DNA from: Synechococcus sp.
GTDB lineage: Bacteria; Cyanobacteriota; Cyanobacteriia; Thermostichales; PCC-7336
Direction: 5' to 3'
Assembly: GCA_051439605.1 (NCBI GenBank)
Contig: JBFRWN010000069.1
Span: 1-54,501, forward strand
Length of the DNA: 54,501 bases
The position numbers and the translations under genes are program-made. Numbering within the stretch: the first letter of the stretch is position 1; every line of letters begins with the position of its first letter. Below the pieces are notes generated by a model. The model ran no database searches and was not told where the DNA came from. It was given only the letters and a program-made list of their open reading frames with translations. This document shows positions 10,489-21,397 of the stretch, piece after piece.

Positions 10489-10850
10489 GGGGGGTTACCC
10501 GGGTGAATGGCGATCGGACCTGCGGCAGGTATTCACCGCGCAGTCTTGCAAGAGTAAAGTAGCCCAACTCCGAGGATGGGGAAAGTCAAGATCGGGGCCA
10601 ACTTTCTGCAGGAGATATTATTTTTTGTGGCGAGTTCAGCGATTCTGGAGCCAAGCCGAGCTGATTAGCGCTTAGAGGCAACTTTGGGCTCATGCAGCGC
10701 AGCGCCCGTTCAAGGCAAAATGCTGCCGCTTGATGTGACAGCTACACCCATCGCGCTGCAAGAGATGCGCGGGGTGGGCGGACGGAAATGAAATGCCATG
10801 CGAAAATATGTGAACTTATAGACCTTTCCTGACATTGCCGAGGCGGCATC

Positions 10851-11753
10851 TTGAGTGCAAATATCTCCACTTCTAGGCAACCATCCGTCAAAAAGCCCGA
10901 CTGGTTACGGGTCAAGGCTCCCCAGTGGGAACGGGTGGGGGCGGTCAAAGAAGTTCTGCGGGGGCTAGGGCTCAACACCGTCTGCGAAGAGGCCTCTTGC
11001 CCCAACATTGGGGAATGTTTCAACCATGGCACCGCTACGTTCTTAATCATGGGGCCTGCCTGTACGCGGGCCTGCCCCTACTGCGATATCGATTTTGAGA
11101 AAAAGCCCGTTGCCCTCGACCCCACCGAGCCAGAGCGTCTCGCTGAAGCGGTACGGCGCATGAAACTGTCTCACGTGGTGATTACTTCCGTTAACCGAGA
11201 TGACCTAGAGGATGGAGGGGCCTCGCAGTTTGTGAAATGCATCAAGCGCTTACAAGATACCTCCCCATTCACCACCATCGAGGTCTTGATTCCCGACTTG
11301 TGCGGTAACTGGGCGGCACTGGAAACCATTCTGGACGCTGCCCCCGAGGTCCTGAATCATAATACGGAGACTGTGCCCCGTCTCTACCGTCGAGTCCGCC
11401 CCCAGGGAGACTATCAGCGCACGTTGGAGGTGTTACGGCGATCGCGCCAACTGCGCCCTCGGGTGTATACCAAATCCGGCATCATGGTGGGATTGGGGGA
11501 AACCCACCATGAAGTGATTCAGGTGATGCAAGATTTGCGTGCGGTGGATTGCGACATCCTGACAATCGGTCAATACCTGCAACCCACCCCCAAGCACCTT
11601 GCCTTAGAAGAATTTGTTACACCCGAGCAGTTCCAGTGCTGGCAGGATGCCGGGATGGAAATGGGATTTTTGCAGGTGGTGTCTTCCCCCCTAACCCGCA
11701 GTTCCTATCACGCCGAGGAAGTGCAAACCCTGATGAAATCCAATCCTCGCTAG
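10851..11753 (+). CDS. lipA: Lipoyl synthase
   Basis: [12 protein letters not shown], radical-[11 protein letters not shown] and RSSYHA motifs. Confidence 0.97.
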   Translation: MSANISTSRQPSVKKPDWLRVKAPQWERVGAVKEVLRGLGLNTVCEEASCPNIGECFNHGTATFLIMGPACTRACPYCDIDFEKKPVALDPTEPERLAEAVRRMKLSHVVITSVNRDDLEDGGASQFVKCIKRLQDTSPFTTIEVLIPDLCGNWAALETILDAAPEVLNHNTETVPRLYRRVRPQGDYQRTLEVLRRSRQLRPRVYTKSGIMVGLGETHHEVIQVMQDLRAVDCDILTIGQYLQPTPKHLALEEFVTPEQFQCWQDAGMEMGFLQVVSSPLTRSSYHAEEVQTLMKSNPR

Positions 11754-11774
11754 GGTTTACCAGCCGCCTTTCCA

Positions 11775-12010
11775 CGCCAGGTAACCGACGGCGATCGCGC
11801 GTTGGACTTATCGACACGGGAATTTGCCCTGGCAGAGGTACTAATGCGCTACCAAGGCAAGGTGATGTCGCGCCAACAGATTTTTAGATCGAGTGGGGGG
11901 ATATGACTTTGACCCCGGCTCGAACGTGGTAGACGTGCACTTCAGGAACCTGCGAAAAAAAATTGAGGGGCGATCGCATCGAGACGGTGCAGGGACTCGG
12001 GTAACGATAT
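11775..12010 (+). pseudogene. Degenerate remnant of an OmpR/PhoB-type winged-helix DNA-binding domain
   Basis: Spliced across two frameshifts it reads RQVTDGDRALDLSTREFALAEVLMRYQGKVMSRQQI / LDRVGGYDFDPGSNVVDVHFRNLRKKIE / DRIETVQGLG*RY, matching the Trans_reg_C consensus (L+.REF.L, W.YDFDP.SNVVDV, LRKKI, IETVRG.GY). No receiver domain or start codon. Confidence 0.85.
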
Positions 12011-12053
12011 CGGAGGAGGCGATCGTCTAAACCCTGAAAATGCCTATGACTCC

Positions 12054-13922
12054 TTATTTATTCTTCCATCTGGCTGCAACGATCGCAGTTGCTACCGCAG
12101 ATATGCCGCTCACTAGAAGCCCCCACCTGTAGGTCCATGTACCCCTGTATCGCACTGTAATGGCATGCGTTCCTGGAGGCACGCTCACCTGGAGCAAACC
12201 TAAACCATCATGTTCGGCAGGCAGAGATCGATCGCCAATTTGGACAGTCCAACCGGGGTAGTAGAAAGTGCGCAGCAGCACTAGCTTGGGTCCCTCTGTT
12301 AAATTTATTGCCTGAAATTGGCGCGTACCGTAATCCCATTGTTCTAGCAGAAGTCCATCGGTTCCCCCTTCCTGCCACTGAAGCAGTGGATGAGAAACAT
12401 GCGGGGGAAGAGTCAGCAAAGCCTGACGAGGACGGTACTCCAACACGTCAATTAGCCCCAATCCATCCGGATGCAGCCAATGCCAGTAGAGCAAAGATTG
12501 TCGGGGCAGCTGACTGGGTTCGTAAGGAAACTCCTTCTGACGAAATTGGTCCACAAACTCCATCACGGTCGTGGGCTCGAAAACCGCTTGGTTTACTAGA
12601 GCTACAGACTGAAAACCATTGGCGATCGCCACCGCGATCGCAAAGCCCGCGATCCCCGCGCTAAGGGCAAAGTAAGTCAACGAACGATGGCGGCAACTCC
12701 ATCCTCTACAGCAGAGCTCCAGCAAGTAGCCCAACAACATCGGCAGAGTGGTGCACAACACCGTCATCCACCGCCAGGAAAACTGAATTTTCTGTAGGGG
12801 CGGTACTAGGCAATACACCCACCCCAACAAGTCTGTCGTCATCAACAGAGCAATGGCACTGACAAGCAGCCAATATGCCGCCGCAGACTGGAGGCGCTCT
12901 CCTTCAGATCCAACTGGCTTCAACTGGTCTGTCCTGCCGCTGAGCTGCGTCCAGAGTGGGAACAGCCATCGAGCACCACCCCAAACCAAAAACGTCAGGC
13001 TAACCACCACAACAGCCGTCAACCAAGGGACCAGCAAACTGCGATCGAACCAATGCTGAGTGAATTGAGGCTGTAGCCATCGTAGTCCATCCAGCATGAG
13101 CCGATTCTGTGGCAGATAGTCCTCAAAAGCATTCAGAATACTAATCTGAACAGCAGAGCGATCGCATAGAACGGGGAATAGATAGGCTGCTGTCAATCCC
13201 CCCCCCAATAATCCAGCAGCTGCGAAGCCCATAACCGCTTGATGATTGCGTCTAGTCCTCAACGGCAGTAGCAGCAAGCCCCAGACAGAGCTCACCAACA
13301 ATAAGGTGGGCAAATGAGCGAGAATCAAGCAACCGTAGGCGATCGCCACCCAGAGGATTGCCTTGCAGGAACAGGGGCGATCGAGCAGGCGCTGAGATGC
13401 CCACAACAACCAAGGAATGACTGCGATCCCCCAAGTCTCAGCGATCGCCCCCCGCTGGTAAATGTCTACGAAAAAATAGGGAGTGCTGCAGGCTATATAA
13501 GCGCAGACTAGTGCAATCCAGCGGGGGAAAAAACTGCGGGCATAACGATAGATCCCTAGGGCAAATACAAACGTTGCAAGTCCTAAACTGGCCACCAGCG
13601 AATGGGATAAGTCCAAACCCAGCCAATGAAACGGTAAGGTGGCCACCATGCAAAGAGGAGGGTAAAAGGCAAACGTCGGACTTCCCAATCCATAGTTAGA
13701 AACCTCTAACCAGCGCGGGTACCACTGCCCACCATCCACCTGAAGTTGATATTGACCCACCCAACTCAAGTTGAAATGGGTGGAATGGGTGATGGGATAC
13801 CCCGACCCCCCCATGGGGGCCACGACCGTAACGGCGATCGCTATACAGTAGGCAATCGCAACAACAGCGGACAGCCAAGGGCGGAAATCCCGGCGGCCGG
13901 TATTACGTGGGGGGGAGAACAC
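12054..13922 (-). CDS. Polytopic membrane protein, PTPS-related/YfhO-like GT-C-type glycosyltransferase
   Basis: YPRW....NYGLGSPTFAFYPPL, YQRGAIAE, IQFSWRW and FYYPGW motifs; many TM helices; overlaps the upstream GT2 gene. Confidence 0.75.
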   Translation of the reverse strand: MFSPPRNTGRRDFRPWLSAVVAIAYCIAIAVTVVAPMGGSGYPITHSTHFNLSWVGQYQLQVDGGQWYPRWLEVSNYGLGSPTFAFYPPLCMVATLPFHWLGLDLSHSLVASLGLATFVFALGIYRYARSFFPRWIALVCAYIACSTPYFFVDIYQRGAIAETWGIAVIPWLLWASQRLLDRPCSCKAILWVAIAYGCLILAHLPTLLLVSSVWGLLLLPLRTRRNHQAVMGFAAAGLLGGGLTAAYLFPVLCDRSAVQISILNAFEDYLPQNRLMLDGLRWLQPQFTQHWFDRSLLVPWLTAVVVVSLTFLVWGGARWLFPLWTQLSGRTDQLKPVGSEGERLQSAAAYWLLVSAIALLMTTDLLGWVYCLVPPLQKIQFSWRWMTVLCTTLPMLLGYLLELCCRGWSCRHRSLTYFALSAGIAGFAIAVAIANGFQSVALVNQAVFEPTTVMEFVDQFRQKEFPYEPSQLPRQSLLYWHWLHPDGLGLIDVLEYRPRQALLTLPPHVSHPLLQWQEGGTDGLLLEQWDYGTRQFQAINLTEGPKLVLLRTFYYPGWTVQIGDRSLPAEHDGLGLLQVSVPPGTHAITVRYRGTWTYRWGLLVSGISAVATAIVAARWKNK

Positions 13923-14886
13923 CGAGATCTCGCTGCACTGCAGACTCGAAACCGTGGGTTTGTTGAACGACGTAGAGTGGTCGACCCTTTACCTCTTCGT
14001 AAACCCTAGCCAGATATTCCCCCAATACTCCCAAACTCAGCAGTTGAATCCCCCCCAAAAACAAAATGGCCACCATCGTAGAGGCGTAACCGGGGACATC
14101 CACCCCGAACGCGATGGTGCGCACCACCAAAAACATTCCGTAGCTAAACGCTAGCAGCGACACCATCACCCCGATATAGCTCCACACTTTTAGCGGTAGA
14201 GTGCTGAAAGAGGTGATGCCGTCCACAGCAAGATTCCACAACCTCCAGTAATTCCAGCCGGATTCTCCTCGGTAGCGGGGAGGGCGATCGTAATAAATCT
14301 GTGTCGTGCGAAACCCCACCCAAGCAAACATCCCCTTCATAAACCGCGATCGCTCGGGCATCTGCCGTACTACCTGCACCACCTTGCGATCCATGAGGCG
14401 AAAATCACCGGTATTGGCAGGAATGGCAATAGGGCTCAAGCGACCGATTGCTCGATAAAATGCACGCGCCGTAAAGCGCTTCAACCACGACTCTCCCTTG
14501 CGAGTTTTGCGGGTAGCCAGCACGACATCGAACCCCTGCTTCCAAAGAGCTACCATAGGTCCTAGGAGCTCTGGGGGATCTTGTAGATCGGCGTCTAAAG
14601 GTAGCACCGCAGAACCACTTGCCACATCTAATCCCGCTGATAGAGCAATTTCTTTGCCAAAATTTCGAGACAGCACAATCAGCTTAATGCGGGGATTGTG
14701 CCGTCTGTGTTGCAGCACTCCATGCACGGTGTTGTCGCGGCTACCGTCATCTATGCAGATGACTTCGTAGCTTAACTGCAGGCGAGCGCAAACCTCCGTC
14801 ACTCTAGAAAAAAGGCGATCCAGATTTTCTGATTCGTTATGCATTGGAATCACCAGCGACAAGACAGGAGACAAATCTGTCATCAC
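13903..14886 (-). CDS. GT2 polyprenol-phosphate glycosyltransferase (GtrB-like)
   Basis: DDGSRD, LSRNFGKE.ALSAG, DADLQDPPE, GDFRLMDR and RFMKGMFAWVGF motifs; two C-terminal TM helices; GEYLARVYEEVK.RPLY. Confidence 0.92.
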   Translation of the reverse strand: MMTDLSPVLSLVIPMHNESENLDRLFSRVTEVCARLQLSYEVICIDDGSRDNTVHGVLQHRRHNPRIKLIVLSRNFGKEIALSAGLDVASGSAVLPLDADLQDPPELLGPMVALWKQGFDVVLATRKTRKGESWLKRFTARAFYRAIGRLSPIAIPANTGDFRLMDRKVVQVVRQMPERSRFMKGMFAWVGFRTTQIYYDRPPRYRGESGWNYWRLWNLAVDGITSFSTLPLKVWSYIGVMVSLLAFSYGMFLVVRTIAFGVDVPGYASTMVAILFLGGIQLLSLGVLGEYLARVYEEVKGRPLYVVQQTHGFESAVQRDLGVLPPT

Positions 14887-15156
14887 CTACTCCGAATGGG
14901 GTTAATACGGCAAGCAACGATCGAGATCGCCCCTCAAAATGCGCTTTACATCGGTCAACCTGAACTACCGAATAGAGTGACAAGTAACCAGCTATTCGCT
15001 ATTCATCTGACATACACGTTAGTATCGGTACTCAAAGGAATACTAATTACTGTAATTGCAGTTCTCCACTCGGGGAATGCATGGAGGCACAACTCCACTG
15101 TCTACATTTTTCAGTCCTGATGGGGAGGTACGGGCTAGCTTTCGAGCAGCTGTGCT

Positions 15157-17259
15157 ATGGAGCAGTCTTTTACCCTAACAAGCATGATGGTGCTGGTTCT
15201 GGTTGCCGGAATTGGCGCTCAGGTCATTGCTAATATCCTCAAAGTTCCCAGCATTGTTTTCTTGCTGATTTTTGGAGTATTGCTGGGCCCCGGAGTTGAA
15301 GGATGGGTGAACCCTGAATCCCTCGGCATCGGTATTGAGGTCATTGTGGCCCTCTCTGTTGCCCTCATCCTGTTTGAGGGGGGGCTGAACCTCAACCTGA
15401 GTACCCTGGGGCGTGTATCTAACAGCTTGTGGCGACTGGTGAGTTTAGGGGCATTCATCACTCTGATGGGGGGGGCTGTGGCCGCCCACTATCTGGGGGA
15501 ATTTCCCTGGAAAATTGCCTTTATCTACAGCTCGTTGGTGGTGGTGACAGGGCCGACGGTGATCAATCCCATTCTCAAGCGGGTGCGGGTCAGCGAATCC
15601 CTCAGCACACTGCTGGAGGGAGAAGGAGTACTCATCGACCCGATTGGAGCAATTTTGGCAGTCGTGGTGCTCAACCTAGCCATTACAGACACCTTCAATT
15701 CGGAGGAGCTATTTCTCGCAGCGCTCGGTCTGTTGTGGTCGCTGATTGTGGGGGCCGCAATCGGAGCCGCTGGTGGCTTCGGCATCGGCCAGTTGCTGCG
15801 CCGGTTCCAAAAATTTTTGGGCGAAGAACTGATCAACTCCGTCGTATTGGCAGGTGCTCTCGGCGTTTATACCTTGTCTCAAGCCACGCTGGAAGAATCG
15901 GGATTGATGGCCGCCGTAACCGCTGGAATTGTCGTTCGCCAAGTGGCAGGATTTCGCGAGCGGCAGGTGCGCCGGTTCCAGAGTCAGCTGGTGCTGCTAG
16001 CCATTTCGGTGCTATTTATCCTGCTGACGGCGAACTTATCCCTGCAGTCTGTCTTGTTATTGGGCTGGGGGGCCATGGGCACTGTCGCTGTGCTGATGCT
16101 GGTGGTGCGCCCCTTGAGCATATGGCTATGCACCTGGGGAGGCGAACTCACTTGGCGCGAAAAGCTCTTTGCCGCTTGGATGGCCCCCCGGGGCATTGTG
16201 GCAGCATCGGTCTCCTCTCTGTTTGCCTTAGTGTTAGCAGAGCGGGAAATTGCGGGGGGAGAAGCCATCAAGGCCCTCGTATTTCTGACCATTGCCACCA
16301 CTGTGATCCTGCAAGGTCTATCGGCTGGCCTAGTGGCGAAGCTTTTGGGACTGAACGAGCAGGGAACCACAATTGTCGTAGGAAATAATGCAGTGGGGCT
16401 ACAATTGGCCCAGTTACTGCATAAGTCCGGCCAATCGGTGGTGGCGATCTCCCACCAGCAGGTCCCCGTCAACACGCCTGTAACCGAAAGCCCTCAGTCG
16501 GGATTTGCTACGGATCTGCAGTTACCCGTCATCTACGGAAACGCCCTCGATACATCGGTGCTGGCCCAAGCCGGGGTAGAACATGCTGAGCAGCTAGTGG
16601 CTATATCCCTGAATGGTGCAGTAAATCAGGCGATCGCCGAACTCGCCGTCAGTACCTACCAAGTTCCTTCCGTACTCGCAGCTCTCCAGAAGGGGCAGGA
16701 TAATCGCTCGACAGAAGTCAACGACATCGTTGGAGGCAGCAGAGCAATCGCGCAATGGAATGATTTCCTCAATTCAGAAGCCGTTCATCCTAAAACTATT
16801 CAGCTACCGTTGCGTACTAAAGACAAATCCGCAGTGACCTGGACAGCCCAACTGGTCAGCCAAGCGATCGCAACAGATCGCTCGAACTCTACCTCAACCA
16901 CCGAGAAATCGACGGGGGTTAAGGGTCGCACGAAAGACCAAGAGGAGGTAGTCCCCATTCAGGAGCTGCCAGCAGTCAGTGCAGACAACCTCGATCGCCT
17001 CGTCAACCAACTGACAGAATTTATCCGCAGTAATTTTCTTTTGGCGATCGCCCTCCGTCGTCGCGATAAATTTATTCTCTTTCCCCATTCTTCCTCATGG
17101 AAACCGGGTGATGAGGTGTTTTTCTTAGAACGGGAAGCCAGCGCAATTGCCATCAAGTACAAACCCATTGCTCCGAGCGCACAAGTGCACCCCTCTTCAA
17201 ACAGGCGGTCGCTGACCTCTAATCCACTTACAGAATTACAGTTGCACCCTGAGTCCTAA
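15157..17259 (+). CDS. CPA1/NhaP-type cation:proton antiporter with C-terminal RCK/TrkA-N-like domain
   Basis: VALILFEGGL, VVTGPTV, LEGEGVLIDPIGA and APRGIVAAS motifs; cytoplasmic IVVGNNAVG...YGNALD domain. Confidence 0.9.
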   Translation: MEQSFTLTSMMVLVLVAGIGAQVIANILKVPSIVFLLIFGVLLGPGVEGWVNPESLGIGIEVIVALSVALILFEGGLNLNLSTLGRVSNSLWRLVSLGAFITLMGGAVAAHYLGEFPWKIAFIYSSLVVVTGPTVINPILKRVRVSESLSTLLEGEGVLIDPIGAILAVVVLNLAITDTFNSEELFLAALGLLWSLIVGAAIGAAGGFGIGQLLRRFQKFLGEELINSVVLAGALGVYTLSQATLEESGLMAAVTAGIVVRQVAGFRERQVRRFQSQLVLLAISVLFILLTANLSLQSVLLLGWGAMGTVAVLMLVVRPLSIWLCTWGGELTWREKLFAAWMAPRGIVAASVSSLFALVLAEREIAGGEAIKALVFLTIATTVILQGLSAGLVAKLLGLNEQGTTIVVGNNAVGLQLAQLLHKSGQSVVAISHQQVPVNTPVTESPQSGFATDLQLPVIYGNALDTSVLAQAGVEHAEQLVAISLNGAVNQAIAELAVSTYQVPSVLAALQKGQDNRSTEVNDIVGGSRAIAQWNDFLNSEAVHPKTIQLPLRTKDKSAVTWTAQLVSQAIATDRSNSTSTTEKSTGVKGRTKDQEEVVPIQELPAVSADNLDRLVNQLTEFIRSNFLLAIALRRRDKFILFPHSSSWKPGDEVFFLEREASAIAIKYKPIAPSAQVHPSSNRRSLTSNPLTELQLHPES

Positions 17260-17528
17260 TCAACCCAAGTAGTTATTCACCGCCCCCAATTTGTCTCAGT
17301 ATCGTGAGGCAGCCAGTTAGAATAAGCTCTTATAGTAGCCATCTAATCACTCAAGATTGAATGAGACTTCCCCCTTTGGGGTGATAGCGATCGTTAAGTC
17401 TCCGATGACATCTCAGCCATCCAGAATCCTTCCTGGGTACAGGAACTGCGGTCCTAACTAACATGGCAACAGCTTCGATCGCGGCCAGAGTAAACATTCC
17501 ACAGCTGATATTGCAAGGATTGCACCCC

Positions 17529-18113
17529 ATGTTGCTGGTAATCGACAACTACGACAGCTTCACATACAATCTCGTGCAATATTTGGGGGAACTTGGGGCT
17601 GAGGTAAAGGTGTTTCGCAACGATCGCATCACCCTCGAAGAAATCCGTCAGCTAGAGCCAGATGGAATTGTGATTTCACCTGGGCCAGGGCGACCGGAGG
17701 ATTCTGGGGTATCGCTGCAAGTGATTCGAGAATTAGCCGCCGAAATCCCCATATTGGGGGTTTGCCTAGGGCACCAGTCCATCGGCCAGGTGTTTGGAGG
17801 AGACGTAATCGGTGCCCCAGAATTAATGCACGGAAAGACATCGCCTATTCATCATAGTAATTCGGGTGTCTTCGAAGGGTTACCCAATCCTTTTGATGCC
17901 ACCCGATATCACAGCCTGATTGTGGACCGAGCAACTTGTCCTGATGACCTAGAAATTACCGCTTGGACGGAGGACGGCATCATTATGGGGCTGCGCCACC
18001 GTAAGTACCCCCACCTACAAGGGGTACAGTTCCATCCCGAAAGCATTTTGACAGGATCCGGAAAGGCACTGCTGCGAAACTTTGTTCGGTTGACTCAACC
18101 CGCCGTTGTATAG
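17529..18113 (+). CDS. trpG: Anthranilate/aminodeoxychorismate synthase component II (glutamine amidotransferase)
   Basis: [30 protein letters not shown] and QFHPES motifs. Likely start ATG 17529. Confidence 0.92.
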   Translation: MLLVIDNYDSFTYNLVQYLGELGAEVKVFRNDRITLEEIRQLEPDGIVISPGPGRPEDSGVSLQVIRELAAEIPILGVCLGHQSIGQVFGGDVIGAPELMHGKTSPIHHSNSGVFEGLPNPFDATRYHSLIVDRATCPDDLEITAWTEDGIIMGLRHRKYPHLQGVQFHPESILTGSGKALLRNFVRLTQPAVV

Positions 18114-18248
18114 CAACCGTCAAGTGCTGAGGACATCTTGGCTATTAGAAACCTGACCAAGCGAAGCACAGATCTTGCTATCCGATCTGAGATGGCAAAA
18201 GCTATATCTGATGTAAGAGCTGAACGACCGTTATTTTGTATCGCACTA

Positions 18249-19475
18249 ATGGACCCCGTAACCTCCACCCCTTCCACCCCTCTAAGCTGGTCAGAACTGG
18301 AAGCGCTGAGCGCTGAGTATCGAGTGGATCCTGTTAACGGCCCCACCAACTCGCAAGCTCGCCTACGCCTATTCGGTCATCCCGAGTCTGCGGTACGCAT
18401 CACGCTATTTCGCGACAACCATGCTTGGTGTCCCTACTGCCAAAAGGTATGGCTGTGGCTTGAGGAAAAGCAAGTACCCTACCGCATCGAAAAAGTCACG
18501 ATGTTTTGCTACGGCCAGAAAGAGCGCTGGTACAAGCGCATCGTCCCGTCGGGCATGTTGCCAGCCATCGAATTGGACGGACACATCATCACAGAAAGTG
18601 ACGACATTTTGATGGCTCTCGAGCGGGAATTCGGACCGTTGGGTTGGGGGATGACAGATGAGGCAGTGTTACCGCTGCGGCGGCTGGAACGCTTATTGTT
18701 CCGAGCTTGGTGCATGTGGTTGTGTTATCCAGCCCGATCTCAGCGGGAGGAGGAGCAAAACCGCGAGCAGTTTGTGGGGGTGGTGCAGGCGGTCGAACAG
18801 GCTCTGGGAAGTACCACAGGCCCCTTTTTCCTGCCAGAATTTAGCACCGCCGATATCGTTTTCATTCCCTATGTAGAACGAATGAATGCCAGTCTCTATT
18901 ACTACAAGGGATATTCGCTGCGGGAAGCCAATTGCCGTTTATCCGCCTGGTTTGATGGCATTGAATCCCGCCTCACCTACCGGGGTACCCAAAGCGATTT
19001 TCACACCCACGTCCACGATCTTCCCCCTCAGATGGGGGGCTGCTGGAAAAATCAAGATCCCCAAACTGCCATCAATCAAAACTTAGTCGATCGCGTTCCT
19101 TGGGCCGACTTGCCGGATGTTACCTATGTTGAACCCGCCACTTCAAAGGTAGAGGCACTACACCGAGTCTTGAAACATCGAGCCAATATCGTGCGGGTCA
19201 ATCCGGGGAATGACCCTCTATTCGATCGAGCACTACGCTGTGCTCTTACCCACATGATGACGGGACAAACGTGTACACCACCACCGGAGACCGATCGCCA
19301 CTTGAGATACCTGCGCGATCGCATCAACGTCCCTAGAGACATGTCAATTTACGCAGCCAAGCACCTGCGCGCTTCTTTAGAGACCACAGCAGCGCTGGTA
19401 GGCGACGAGCAAGGACCACCCATCCCTTGCAAACACAGGCGGGATCAAAACCCAGCAGAGTTCCTTCCTCAATGA
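18249..19475 (+). CDS. Glutathione S-transferase family protein
   Basis: [29 protein letters not shown] and C-terminal GST helices ([14 protein letters not shown]). Likely start ATG 18249. Confidence 0.88.
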   Translation: MDPVTSTPSTPLSWSELEALSAEYRVDPVNGPTNSQARLRLFGHPESAVRITLFRDNHAWCPYCQKVWLWLEEKQVPYRIEKVTMFCYGQKERWYKRIVPSGMLPAIELDGHIITESDDILMALEREFGPLGWGMTDEAVLPLRRLERLLFRAWCMWLCYPARSQREEEQNREQFVGVVQAVEQALGSTTGPFFLPEFSTADIVFIPYVERMNASLYYYKGYSLREANCRLSAWFDGIESRLTYRGTQSDFHTHVHDLPPQMGGCWKNQDPQTAINQNLVDRVPWADLPDVTYVEPATSKVEALHRVLKHRANIVRVNPGNDPLFDRALRCALTHMMTGQTCTPPPETDRHLRYLRDRINVPRDMSIYAAKHLRASLETTAALVGDEQGPPIPCKHRRDQNPAEFLPQ

Positions 19476-19658
19476 GAGCGTTCCCGATATTGTCGAGTTA
19501 TGGAGAAGTCAGCTTTGCTCTTGGAGTAACGGAGTCCCGTTGGGGGACTTACGGCTGGCAATCACTACGGGGAAGGGGAATAGACGAGAGCAACGCATGC
19601 GTAAGGAAATCTTGAGATCGGCCTTAGGCAATAGGCGAGATCGAGAGGATCCGTCACA

Positions 19659-20543
19659 ATGGTGACCGGAGCTAGAGGAGCTGAGTGGTTGTTGATGGGT
19701 GCTTGGTACAGAAAGGTACGCCAGATTGTGATGATAGGGCTGGGACTAGCTTTTGCCTTAGCAACCTACGCCATTGCGATAGAACCTAATTGGTTACACG
19801 TGCATCGATTGTCTCTGACGTTGCCCCATCTAGAATCCGCATTTCAGGGCTATCGCATTGTGCATATCAGTGATATTCACTTGGCAGATGGAGGCAAGGA
19901 CGGGATCTCCGTCCAAAGGCTGCACCGGTTCATCAACCGCATTAACCGTCTGCATCCAGACACGATCGCCATTACCGGAGACTTTTTTACCCATACCCCG
20001 TCCAAGTACGCCAATGAACTGACCACAGAGCTGGCTCGTTTGCAGGCAGGCGATCGTGTCGTCGCAGTATTGGGTAACCACGATCATTGGGTCAACCCCC
20101 AAAGCGTCCGCGATGTCCTCAATCGTGCAGGTGTGTTGGAACTGAACAACGATATCTATCCCCTGAAGCGCCACGGACAATGGCTGACCATTGCTGGCGT
20201 GGATGACGTATGGCAGGGGGCAGCCAATCTTCCGCAAGTCTTGGCCAAGCTTCCTTCCAAAGGAGCGAATATTCTTCTGGCCCACGAGCCTGATTTTGCG
20301 GATGTTAGCGCCCAAACCCAACGATTTGACCTACAACTATCCGGGCACTCCCACGGAGGCCAAATTCGCCTCCCCTTTATCCCCCCCTTCAAGCTGCCCT
20401 ACCTTGCCGAAAAATACCCCCAGGGGCTTTACCGCATTGGAGATATGCAAGAGTACACCAATGTCGGAATCGGCACCATTAGCTTGCCCATTCGATTTTT
20501 TTGTCGTCCGGAGGTCACGGTAATCACCTTAGAGATGGCATAA
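19659..20543 (+). CDS. Calcineurin-like metallophosphoesterase (YkuE-like)
   Basis: SDIH, TGD, LGNHD, LAHEPD and LSGHSHGGQ motifs; N-terminal TM helix. Confidence 0.92.
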   Translation: MVTGARGAEWLLMGAWYRKVRQIVMIGLGLAFALATYAIAIEPNWLHVHRLSLTLPHLESAFQGYRIVHISDIHLADGGKDGISVQRLHRFINRINRLHPDTIAITGDFFTHTPSKYANELTTELARLQAGDRVVAVLGNHDHWVNPQSVRDVLNRAGVLELNNDIYPLKRHGQWLTIAGVDDVWQGAANLPQVLAKLPSKGANILLAHEPDFADVSAQTQRFDLQLSGHSHGGQIRLPFIPPFKLPYLAEKYPQGLYRIGDMQEYTNVGIGTISLPIRFFCRPEVTVITLEMA

Positions 20544-20815
20544 ATCGGCTCATAAATCTTTTCTGACAGCAGTTCTTGAAAAGGCTACAGAAAAAACTTT
20601 CCATAACACTCATACTGCTCCCGAAAAGGGGGATAGTGTTCCTCGCGGGTATTCTTCACGGACAGAGCCGACCGTAGGTCCTAGCTATTGCCTTCAACTA
20701 CAATCTTTTATTGAGAAACATGAATCCAACTATTAATATTCCATTAGAGATTGCCAGGTCTAGATTTGGCGGATATAAGCAATACAAGGTCTAGTCATAA
20801 TTGGAGACTGGTGTG

Positions 20816-21094
20816 ATGAATAAAGGTCAATTAGTCGATATTGTCGCTAAAGAGCATGGTTTGACTAAAAAAGAAACCGATGCCATCCTTAGCGCCACCT
20901 TAGATATCATCAAAGATACTGTGGCAAGTGGCGATCGCGTAACGCTTGTTGGGTTCGGGTCTTTCGAGCTCCGCCAAAGGCAAGAAAGAACCGGACGCAA
21001 TCCAAAAACTGGTGAGAAGCTGGTCATTCCTGCAACTCAGGTTCCTGCATTCTCGGCCGGAAAAAGTTTTAAGACAAAGGTTGCAGTTCACTAA
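20816..21094 (+). CDS. hup: HU family DNA-binding protein
   Basis: MNKGQLVD...VTLVGFGSF...RTGRNPKTGE...IPA..VPAFSAGK. Confidence 0.95.
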   Translation: MNKGQLVDIVAKEHGLTKKETDAILSATLDIIKDTVASGDRVTLVGFGSFELRQRQERTGRNPKTGEKLVIPATQVPAFSAGKSFKTKVAVH

Positions 21095-21317
21095 ATAGTA
21101 GTCCGATTAGTAGTCCGAATAGGCAATCAACACCGGTTGCCTTTCTGATTTCACCTTTGTTCTAATTGCAACTCAAACAGGATTGCTGGTTTGTTGCGCT
21201 GCGCTCTATCTTCCCTGTTCTGAGTAAGCTTTACATGAAAGTAGTCATCGAACAAAGCGCTCATCGCCATAAATTAGGTTAGCCTGTCCGATTTCACGGA
21301 GCTGACTAATATCGCAA

Positions 21318-21368
21318 CTCAATAAAATAAAGCGGCGGCACTACTTGCCGTCGCTTTATTTTATTGAG
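21318..21368. terminator. Bidirectional terminator between the convergent HU and Met-rich protein genes
   Basis: CTCAATAAAATAAAGCGGCGGCA / TGCCGTCGCTTTATTTTATTGAG near-perfect inverted repeat with A/T-rich flanks. Confidence 0.8.
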
Positions 21369-21397
21369 CCAGTGTAGGCTGAACTGCCAAGTTGGCT

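Noticed and set aside
15429..16388. 319-aa same-strand alternative-frame ORF inside the antiporter gene
   Set aside because: Arg/Gly-rich off-frame translation typical of GC-rich coding DNA; no motifs.
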